Of a stretch of 64,000 nt of DNA, positions 11,801-19,500 are shown one piece after another. The position numbers and the translations under genes were made by a program. The DNA is from a virus. The stretch is taken from the IMG/VR virus record IMGVR_UViG_3300025133_005699, positions 32,001-96,000 of that record; one strand, given 5' to 3'. The notes under the pieces are model-generated. The model had not been told where the DNA came from. It was given only the letters and a program-made list of their open reading frames with translations, and made no database searches. The stretch's first letter is position 1. The number at the start of each line of letters is the position of its first letter.

Positions 11801-13559
11801 ATATCGAATGCCAGCATACTCAGGATTACGCGGAGAGGAGGGTGTCATTGATGAAAAAACGGGCAACCCAAGGCGAATCTTCGCCATAACAGATATCAAG
11901 CGTAATAAAGATCATTTTGATGCAATGTTCCCGTTCTTTAAGGAACTCAGTAACGAGATTTTGGGTATGGCAGGACAGGGCTATATTACGTCAGCTTCTA
12001 CGGATGGAGGTGTTGGGTTTAATCCACAGAAAATGGCAGACCTTGGCGGAGGAATAGGTGGGGCGAGTAGGGATGCTCTAGCGCGTTGGTCAACGCTGGA
12101 GGATGTATCCAGTTGGTATGGTAAAGACGGACTCCCAGATAGAGAAGCAGAGAAGATGATTGGCCTGTTTTGGAATTTTAAAAAGGTAAACACAGCTCTT
12201 AAAAAGATGCAGGGAAATGCACGAACAGCAATGCGAATGGCTGAGGAGCAAAATAACGGAATGTGGGCTAGATCTGGCCTGTTTGGTGGCGATGTCAAAA
12301 ATTATCCAGACTGGCTGAAACCCGCACAAAGAAATCAACCAAATCAACGACCAAACCAACAGCCAAACCAACCCCAGCAGATTCCCCAACAAAACGCACA
12401 AGGCCAAGCATTCGCAACAGGTGGCCCAGTAGGAATAGACTGGTCTCCAAGAGGAACTGACACCGTTCCCGCGATGCTAACACCCGGCGAGTTTGTTATG
12501 AAAAAATCCGCCGTAGACAAGTACGGCATAGGCTTTATGGCTGCTATTAATGAAGGCAGAGGAGGTTCTGGAGGATATATGCACGAAGGTGGTGTTGCTA
12601 GTGGTAGTGTTTCACAGTTTGGCCCACAAGAAGACTTGCGTATCGATAGAGTGTTAAGCAACACGAAAACAACCTCCAACACCGTTAAGAAGATAGCGGG
12701 CATGATAACCAATGTGGACAATAAAACCACTAATCAGGAAGACCTATTAAATAGTTTTAACACAATGAGTGAAGCTGATTCGGCACTTTCCGCCCAAATC
12801 CAGTCGGGACTCTCCGCCATACTCAATCAGCGAATAGACCTCCCCGAAGATCTTGGTGAGGGTATTGTTGGTCGTCTAACAGGTGAATTTTTGGCTCAGC
12901 TTGGCACCCTCAGACAGGAGATGGACACAGAGCATACAGACCTAAAGAAACAAAATCGACGAATGCTGAAGCGGACGCGGGGGAATTTCGGTATATTGGC
13001 AGGCGCCATACCAGCAATGATGAGACCTTTTAATCCGGCGGGACCCCCTCAGTTTATGGCCACGGGAGGTATGGCTAGAGGAACCGACACTGTTCCCGCA
13101 ATGTTAACTCCCGGCGAATTTGTAATGAAGAAAAGCGCTGTTGATAAGTATGGCGTAGGCTTTATGAGAAGCCTTAATAATGGTGCCTCTCCTACATCAA
13201 GGTCAAGAGGTGTACAATACCTTAAAAATGGAGACTTGGCAACATCGGGTGGCGGAAACCTCTTTGCGGGGGTCGGAGATATTGTTTCTTCAATTAGTGA
13301 CTCTTTATCTGCCTTTACTCAAGCTTTTAGCTTATTTAGTGGGCTTTCTAACCTGCTAAGCAATACAATTAATAGTATGGCAGACATGAACATAACCCAT
13401 AATATTAACATTAATGGAAGCGTAAACATTCCGGGCTTCTCAAAGAGGGCAGTCAAAAAGATAATTAACGCCGTAGTTGAAGAGGTTGTTGATGACGTAG
13501 ACGCGAAGATAGACCAAGCTTTTGCAGAGCGAGACAGGAACAACGAGAACAGAACATAA
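2892..13559 (+). CDS. Tail tape measure protein, 3555 aa, multi-module
   Basis: N-terminal TP901-type TMP core (AIEFEKEMLKISQVTG, LSQAGF, TIATGFRTIFTRI, LRELGI), long Ala/Met-rich helical regions, hydrophobic TM-like stretches (~6790-6870, ~7325-7470), GAGGAG RBS and typical gene position. Confidence 0.92.
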   Translation: MSKFNLTAQLSLAPPTNVPQIVRQVNQQLQGIQMQINPVVNAKSLNQANQAVQRVGVSAKVTSKNLNTAAGSANSLGSALGAAARRFASITLATGFFLALTRALGSAVGRAIEFEKEMLKISQVTGKSVRSLRDLSNEVTRLSGNLGVSSEELLNAARTLSQAGFAADKVTGALKVLAQTDLAATFDNIKDTTEGAIAILSQFRKEVRAAGGEVQFLEMAMDSINAVSKSFAVESADLISVVRRTGGVFEAAGGKLNELIALFTSVRATTRETADTIATGFRTIFTRIQRSETIDSLRELGIVLQDTEGKFVGPMQAIARLSAGLQALDPRDFRFNEIVEQLGGFRQIGKVIPLIKQYTTSTEALAVANNAMGSTARDAGIAQQGLGNQFAQLKEKFDATVRSLADSDTFQTLATSAIKMAEAILRIVDALEPLLPMLTALAAFKLGQIAIPAFGKFAGISANAGGKIHGFAGGGMVPGRGNRDTVPAMLEPGEFVMRKSAVKKIGANNIAQMNNGYAAGGIVTGRRNNYGFKPNKKTFDKALTPEDKARLLGTSELASKETSEDAKVLAAIGKANATYGLSTGTVPGGFSLDASTKQVKEITSDKPLGSIPLTKMTAKDFQIFAKGIMAKVPGSTIDDVAQAQRSGVTTNATMQASSYPIASIVESGVRSQVDSDLQASAAQGLKDSVEETISRLQSSDAGATVKNMGLTLSRGAAQRAATTTSKDEQAVSSMVGFLFEGVIDAMSGATPAGERASFDLPRESVSSARPELVKLFGSQANQMKMAEVKSSFGKLSQIPTKLKTFIGEQSKVGQRTTGIDLKRVGFAKGGKPKGTDTVPAMLTPGEFVMKKSAAQGIGYSNLHRMNQSNGVNGYAAGGIVTGTRGFYGNGVPGGGASIGTIPGIESASKGFTQLAKSIGDLVGQLIRAGESITLGANSASEKLVQGANVLGPELSQAGQAFIGLPATILNLLDDGAVQLGTGLADAAKGIGSIDNIMIEALTASLAPFTAAMADASKGISAVDNIMNTTMTGAMAPLKTSLSLLDGEFKKFGKELMLKLKYFDILKKANTDLVTVMNDLGKKLIEKGDDFDILKPPIATVEQALIRVSGYLNNFYQIFTPLAGAVRQLSVAMQNQAGTIAASGAGVAAGAGGAALQGPMTQLAANMSRAAKIMSNIAIIGASLQRAMANMVASLNSGKGSINNITINSAATAQELAELKAELAKAQARILELETAAAQASTQMKKTGASGGAAAGGMMMGGGGGGGGQMGNNLMMAGMAAGMVAQSMDGLNDKTKTFVTDLTMIGMMLGMVAMSFSPILAGLFVLTGSSTTAAAALSAQTAATAVEVAASEAATLAKMQETGAGFSAAAIDAQKTVAGGAATIADRLKTVAAADAAKADAMKASAAMLAGGVMAGMAIAATYVIMRSKALGEQAKKLTEEYQDSIKGLQEGGAGTNLADAQAKVRAALQKEAEAAGATFSGFLAMTAAAIVVVVSAIALFIAGVATGGLAWAAAAAIFIGAAGAAGAEIGAAFATAEEAIGASTDALVASTFHAATALNGLTAANQAMELEQLSGVALMERQGQAFDDFYASSLQAAGAMASFQGMEAGMDQEFRGEMMDSDVFEAVKDGGVDAMKELSQAWFKMASDMKNGMNSAVDEMIKGGKSAKDAMDSAAIQGQLKKYGAAVEMATRLQMMMSGLQKQAAKQQLGLAGMTDAEMSRAQRLQVMAREKELIDAQSADTAKKASAAQEKSMRDRLEAEAKAKKAAAEKLAADIALAKQAYRSALALSTFEVAMVGLSGAMSMADMEFGALTGSIKQFKSVNDKLISTLASGNVSPEAEQAAMATAGQFGLEGETVALIQKMKDNEKIRKVLTEKGMEAFSGALEESAANLRFDEFMRDQGIDLSGLDADIRTEIMNMLEDGLQPGEIEEIMNKINGANEEQIKVLAELAKAQNDYVGALFKFGGEVVKLNELYAKAISNVISVQLKGAERLAKAQGRDMTVGDVRAAEEAKRRAPLQARGLVGGGVGATQIQLERNRQKARELANRVKAEAEGGQDAETITNLQNEQKNLASETNALTENLKKLSDQSKLAAAIMGEIDKEKGKRETIRGLISEFTFASNQGRKDMDRNFMALQRVMETGSLNSIPDEMRSAVGGLLGTLEDIAIGPQGQTGGEIKKMLEMQMANQLKIRATGRPLTAEEMQRIFDKTTKEEKLIDDLKALNAEEVAAATALADHQADKIDDLLVGIERLIATLEAAQANAGNAAQGAMQQMQIQGPMHGGLIQRFAEGGTTKAARYTSSSKNMFQPRGTDTVPAMLTPGEFVMQKSAVDSIGLSTLSSMNSGKKPIYRQAGGPVTSWTNFNQEQLNKGVQISPELQKIQDTILNGITNSINSIDKLNFAELNPAIDGKKIIEADTGWPMGGANWKNFEMDTGAGGAVFLQNGALARAALNDKAKQGIKAWSLLATPLGAINDPLLMANLMLQKYEGKDAARAIQAHRFFYNKTYPNGGRIGNNKNTLAYDWWDIDENTGTRNTLTALVTSSSTDDDTIQGDISGGLIQSVMGSGQIRDWYKDGGTGDLGYKDLDNVKNVERTGPAMANIFKQYTENSTWPWKSHSSDLYGGTSVAGINYGLPYPPSEERGLIIPNRATAGTLMGNPGKQQFQWLSGSRFRGTKSVEQNEEYYRALLKSGEFNDVKMPLFVIDQLAGGAMKSASSAYGSFLHDNLFNEAMQGQLKEFYTDPNAATAEFQMGNIANALTNAAYGNWSGTPNAQAMLKVDGAISAMPNFELDTAAKSGFTGGPFGDTEVAKAFKGKVGYIPWSLQHEPVLNRGLLQNLMDMQANATGRLAAANNITNGWGAEFTNLWKNSDAENKGQSAEFLATKISELFNKIEGGNDVWGAPLLGVIKQQQEAAAADAAAQEAAAVEEVEGRVVPNLDVFYGGDAQKAQALLTALGEYPGRDKAPKGIYRMPAYSGLRGEEGVIDEKTGNPRRIFAITDIKRNKDHFDAMFPFFKELSNEILGMAGQGYITSASTDGGVGFNPQKMADLGGGIGGASRDALARWSTLEDVSSWYGKDGLPDREAEKMIGLFWNFKKVNTALKKMQGNARTAMRMAEEQNNGMWARSGLFGGDVKNYPDWLKPAQRNQPNQRPNQQPNQPQQIPQQNAQGQAFATGGPVGIDWSPRGTDTVPAMLTPGEFVMKKSAVDKYGIGFMAAINEGRGGSGGYMHEGGVASGSVSQFGPQEDLRIDRVLSNTKTTSNTVKKIAGMITNVDNKTTNQEDLLNSFNTMSEADSALSAQIQSGLSAILNQRIDLPEDLGEGIVGRLTGEFLAQLGTLRQEMDTEHTDLKKQNRRMLKRTRGNFGILAGAIPAMMRPFNPAGPPQFMATGGMARGTDTVPAMLTPGEFVMKKSAVDKYGVGFMRSLNNGASPTSRSRGVQYLKNGDLATSGGGNLFAGVGDIVSSISDSLSAFTQAFSLFSGLSNLLSNTINSMADMNITHNININGSVNIPGFSKRAVKKIINAVVEEVVDDVDAKIDQAFAERDRNNENRT
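4341..4397 (+). repeat. TMP internal module copy 1 (DTVPAMLEPGEFVMRKSAV)
   Basis: Read directly from the translation, aa ~484. Confidence 0.9.
5397..5453 (+). repeat. TMP internal module copy 2 (DTVPAMLTPGEFVMKKSAA)
   Basis: Read directly from the translation, aa ~836. Confidence 0.9.
9831..9887 (+). repeat. TMP internal module copy 3 (DTVPAMLTPGEFVMQKSAV)
   Basis: Read directly from the translation, aa ~2314. Confidence 0.9.
12459..12515 (+). repeat. TMP internal module copy 4 (DTVPAMLTPGEFVMKKSAV)
   Basis: Read directly from the translation, aa ~3190. Confidence 0.9.
13086..13142 (+). repeat. TMP internal module copy 5 (DTVPAMLTPGEFVMKKSAV)
   Basis: Read directly from the translation, aa ~3399. 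Confidence 0.9.
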
Positions 13560-16500
13560 TGGCAACAAAATCACTACATATACAGAATGATCAGACCGAC
13601 GATGCTGGTGTATACCAGCGTAACAGGGGTGCGGATCTTTTTATGGAAGCTCCCGGCGGAATTCAGCAGTTTACAAACTTTGACGCCAAAGTTACGTCTT
13701 ATAACAATAGTGGTAACGAGGTCAAAGCGGGATTCTTTGATAGCCCATATAGATATAGGGAAGTGTTCAGAACATACGGCAACGCCACCAATATGCCTTT
13801 CGAGTATGAGAATGGCCAGTACTCCCCAAGCGACATAAAGATTCTTGATGATATAGCTATCGTTGCCTATAAAGAGCATAGCCAATCAGTTTATACTGTT
13901 AATCAGGAACTAGAAGGCGGGCATGTCATTATAAAAGTTACATATGAAAAGACTGGCGAAAAGGTTGAAGCTTTTAGAAGTGTTGATCTTAATAGCGGGT
14001 TGGTCATTCCGGACCTTGGAACCGCAGCTAGAAACTTAACGGAGTTTACTGGTAGCAACGAGATACCGGGCACTAATGCTGGCATAAATGCTGGATATAG
14101 TATTCAACCTATTGGAGATGTTGCTGATGCTTTGGGGATAGGTCCGACTACTGAGAGTGGAAGTACTGGGCCATGCGCTGATGGTTTAGTAGGGGATACT
14201 TGGACTTGGAATATGTCCGAAGAGGAGCCGGGATGGACAATAACCTCTCCGGGGGAATGTGCAGCGGCAGGGTGCGGCAGCCTGCCTCCTGCTTATGAGG
14301 GGGGGTCTGATCTTGAAACAGGAGTAGGGCGTTGTGGTGTGGATGATACGATTGTATATGATCCGTTTGTATCCGATGATGATATCCCGAAGAAGGTTAA
14401 CGAGGGGGTTCAAGGTTGCGCAGGTCCGACAATGCCCGCAGACGCACTAGAGAATAAAGACAGCGCAATATTCTTCAGTCAGGTAAAGAACAAAAAGGGC
14501 GAAATTATTGACGTTCTTCAGGGGCTTGTGGTTGATTTTACACACGGTTCAACACCTGATGACGCAACACTGTTAAGCCTCAAGAGCATGTCTAATGCTA
14601 ACTTGATATGGGTAGATGAGTGCTCCGCCGATTACGTGACTTACTATTATAAGGTTCCGGTCCCGCTGTCAGGTTACTACTACCAATACGGACAGAAGAC
14701 CCAGTGCGGAAGAGTGGATATTTTTGAGCGGCGTAGCGGGACTATAACAGCTGTTGACGGGAATAAGATTACGGTAACAGGACCAACTGGAGATGGTGAG
14801 TTTGATATTCATCTGCTGAATGACTACGATAGAATTAAAATTGTTTCTGGGGTAAACGAAACTAAAAAAGATCACCCCCATCCTATTAACGGAATTAAGT
14901 ACGTTAAACGACTTCCTGATTTGTATAATTCTGAAACAGAGAAATATGATATCCCTGTGGATAATCAGTATTATATATATGATGATGAAAACTTAACAAT
15001 GGAAACAGAGACCTCGTCTCTTAGGGGTACCGATGGGCTACTATGGGCTTTTCAGCCGGACGACCCTAACTCTCGCACCGCAATGCCGTGGAGCACCGCT
15101 GGTTCGAACAAAGGCGCAGTTGGGGTTTGGAGATATAAGCAAACATTGTTTTCCCCTCACGGCCTCAACGGAGATGGTGTGATATCTCGCGGGACTACAC
15201 CCTATATAAACGCGATGGGCATAGCGCCAATATCTGATTATGGGGGTGGATATGATGGCGCAATGGAGGACGATATAGAAAGAGTCAGCGATATTCGCAA
15301 TGCTATGCATTTAATGGCGTGGGGATATAGGTTTGGTCAGGCAATAGATATTATAAAACAGCCCGGCACAGATTATTACTGGCTTGCTATTAGCGAGCTG
15401 GGGAATATAGCCAATGCAGATAGTGGAATGACTTATTTTGGGGAGATTCAGACTGTTACTGGCATGAGCCCTGTAGTTAACGTTCCGACTTACGATGAGG
15501 AGGGCAAAATTAACGGATATATAAAACGAGGTATAGGTCTACAAGCAGCTATTGACTTCGGTCTAGATCCCACAACGAAGGGGCTAGCCACGATATTTAT
15601 AAATCATGAGACTGGTAAATATGATCAATCTATCGACTGGAACAACATAGGAAACTATTCTTACGGCGGGTTCGAGGATGATATAAAAAGCGCGAAGAAG
15701 GGTATAACCACAACTATTGTTTCTCCCTTTGGGTATCAATCCGTTCCGCCACTTAGCAAAGGATATGGGAAGGTTTGGCTTTACAAGGTAAGCATGAATA
15801 GTGCTGACTCTGCTATTCAGGCAATAGAAACCCCTGAGGAGATTAATGCGGGAACAAGAAATGGTCACGTTTCCTCAACTTCCGTTTTTACAAGGCGCCT
15901 GATGGATGTGTTCGCAACGGTCGGAGGTTTGTACTGGTTTAGAGCATGGATTTCTAACCTTAAGGCTGGACTGACTGGGTCGCCAAAACATTTCAAGACC
16001 CATAGAAGTAATGTCAACACCGGCAGTTTTGGCACCACGGCTTCTGATCAAATCCATTATAATTTTGGATACCCCGAAAGATGGGCACCTTCATGGATAG
16101 ATGGAGACGAAGACGAATATGGAAATCCGGGCGGATTTGATTCGGGTACGGGTGCTGATCTGCCCGACGGCGGTATGATGGGCGGCATGGGTATGGGCGG
16201 TGACGGTATGGGCGGTGACGGTATGGGCGGTGACGGTATGGGCGGTGACGGTGGCGACGGAGTCGAACCTGTCAGTCGTTCCGCTGGTACAAACCTATTG
16301 TTTGTTAAGTCGCAGAAGTTCGTAGCTGAGCTAATTACATATCAAGAAGAGTTCTCAAAAACGTGGGGCGATTCCGACGGGGGTGTTGATTTGTTTCGAG
16401 AATGGGTGATTCCTTATTATAGGACTAACGAGTCTCCGTTTCACCCCTATCAAACATCCATGAATGCCATGACTAATGGCTTTAAATTCGCTGACGGGTT

Positions 16501-19500
16501 TGGCTTTAATATATGTATGAAGGTTGACGATATTACAGATGGAAATAAGCCAATAATAGCTATTGCAAATACGGTATTCCCATATTTACCCAGTATTAGT
16601 AGAACGGCGGACGCTGCCCTGCAATCAATGCAGCAAGAATTAGATAGGCTTAAAAGGAGGGGGTATGAAGACGCAAACACTCAGAGCTTTATAGACAGAC
16701 ATACCAAAACGAATGAGTTTATTACAGACTTTCTTAGTGATGGAAGCGGAGAAGCTATAGATCTTGCCAGTATGGCTAGAAATGGATCAATTTTCATACA
16801 TAATTGTAACCAGCCGGTAAATACTCAGGAGTTAGACTACACGTTAAGAGTCTCCCGGATGGACGCTATCCCCGAAGACCCTCGACTTGGTTGGCTAAAT
16901 AAGAAATATCAAGGAAATTATTTTTATGAGTACAACTATTGGTATAGCGATCCCCCATCGATGATGTTTAGAGATGGGTCACTTCTTGTCGGCACAGATG
17001 AGGGTCGAATTAAAGTGTTTAAAGAGGAGTCTCTATCAACGCATAGATATAAAGCTAAACGGATGCAGAACTATCCGACTCAACACAGTAGGTTTATCAC
17101 CATTGGCGGCGTTGATTACCTTCTTCCAGAAAATAAAGCGGCTGGGGGCTTTGCGGGGGGTATGGATACGGGCCAGAGCATAATGGACGGCGATATGGGC
17201 GGTGATATGGGCGGCGGCATGGGCGGCGGCATGGGCGACAACAGCTATATACCAGACACACCCGTAGAGGGTTCGGGCTATAAGTATTTTACCGACGAAG
17301 AGAAAAAACACATGAAGAAAGGCTTCTGGGCGAATAACGGGATGCTCGGCGATAGCGGCACCTCCGAGGGGGATGTGGATTATCTCGATACGTGGGTATG
17401 GAACGCGGGCCCGGGTGGCTACGACTACATGATAGACAGCGGTGTAACTGGATGGGCCAGCCTCCAGAGCCTCCTCGACGCTGGGCATGGCAGAGAAAGT
17501 TATGCTCCCGCTGGTTTTGTACCAATGATAACGGAAGATGATAAACCGGCAGATTATGTTTCCGTTTATCGCAATTACTCTCACTACTATATCAATCCTA
17601 CTAGCGATGTTCTCACGACCCCTATTATGCCAGTGGGTGAACGTTTCATGCACACAGCAACCATATCCAAAGACAGGCACCCTGCTTATACTCTTGAGAA
17701 CCAGAAAGACCCAAGGGTTCTACCCAAAGACGAAAGGAATATATTACTTGGTCAGCCTTTTGGGTATCTATTTAGATGTGATAATGGACTTCTCGTTACT
17801 CACGGAGCTTCTTATACTAACGAGTTTGATATTGAGGGCAAGAGTCTAGCCCATAGGTTATATCTATACGAGGTAAATAAGGATGGGTTTTTTGACTTCT
17901 TCCAGAAGATAACTCCGGCTACTAGCAATATGGCCAATGGGCTTATTCCCACAAACGGCATTCAGAATAAATACAATAGAGATGGCAATACTACTAGATA
18001 TCGCACATTAGATATTCCAAAAGAATCTGTACCAAATTATGTCAATATCTTTCCCGAAGGATCTATAACTTTTGAAGAGAAGATAGAAGAAAGCAGAACA
18101 ATAGCATACCTAATGAAAAATATGTATGACGTTCTGTCTGGGATGGTGGTATTGATGACTCCTTACGGGAATGCCGTATTTAGCGATAGCGGAGCCTCTA
18201 AGAGCTATGATTTTATTAGCGACCACAGAAGCTCTCAGGTGTCTCCGTATTTCTCATTCACAGAAGAGTTTAATGCAAAAAATCCATATAACCTTAACAA
18301 TATGTACTCATATCGTGAGGGTCTTGGCATTGATTACCCCGCAAATATCTATGATGTAAATGATGAGCATAGCGGCCTATGTGCCTTCTATAACATAGAA
18401 ACCAGCTCATCACAATATAACTCAATTAGAATATTAAAAAGTGTAATATTTACAATTGATGTAGAAGAAAATACCACCCTTAAGGGTGCGGATGACTCTG
18501 ACATTGCACAAGTTTTGCCGATTTTAACATTCTATAAAGACGACCCTAGAAAGACAATAACACAAACGGCAGTTGCTGATGCGATGGGGGGCGGAACCAA
18601 GCTGCCTTATGGGCCTAATTCGGTTTACAATCCTAACTCGCCACACAGCCCTCTCTACGCCGATGGACTTCAAGATAGCGCAGCCCTAATAAAATATCCT
18701 ACTTATCGCAGAACCAGTGTTGCTGGAGATCAGGGTTGGCGCGCAACAGTAGTCATAGATGGGCCTACTCTGTCCGCTCTTTCCGCGCATGGGTCGTTAA
18801 TTAAGAATTCTAACGACAACAAGACTATTCTTTATAATGATGGAAATGGATATACAGATGGGTCTTACAGTCAAACGTTTGATGATGTAAACAAAGCTAG
18901 CTTTGATTCTAGGGCTCAGGTTGAAAGCACTTTAGTTGTAGGTCTGATGTCTCATAACACTCAAACTTCAGACTTTGACGGAATCTATAGAACGAAGTGG
19001 GTAGCTGGGGACGAGAATAAAGGAACGTGGGGTCAAGAACTTAACTATATCCCATACAGTAAGCCATTTGATATTTCCTCCAACGTGCACTCATTTATAA
19101 ATAAAGCTAAAATATCATCCGTTAAGCTTGCTTACAATGACTATGATCTTGGAGATATAAGGAGGTTTCGGTGTGCATCTTTCCGTGAGAATCAACACTC
19201 ACCATCTGTTTTTTTTACGCGCCTTGAGGGAAATGATGCTCCGACAAAATTTGCACAGCCGGGCACTGAAGGGTTTTTAAGAATGGGAAGATCTAAAACC
19301 CCTGCGCTTTTTGATATAGAAGGTACAGTTCTTGGTGGCACAAATAGTGAATCTATACAGATAGTACAATCTGCTAGTTATGATTTTTGGGGTGAATGGG
19401 CCGTTAATTACGTTGCGGATTACGTTAGTCACTCTTCAGATATTCAAAAACCAGAGTTCTTAAGTCTCTCAATATACTCTGCACCCCAAAGCTCTAAAAG

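Noticed and set aside
4341-13142. TMP repeats as a CRISPR array or DGR template/variable repeats
   Set aside because: The copies are in-frame, hundreds to thousands of bases apart and differ at synonymous sites rather than specifically at adenines. No reverse transcriptase or cas operon is present.
4232-13543. Many antisense ORFs inside the TMP, some repeating (e.g. ITNSPGVS.AGTVSVP)
   Set aside because: They mirror the + strand module repeats and Ala/Gly codon bias, with no independent RBS or operon logic. The same applies to antisense ORFs elsewhere in the window.
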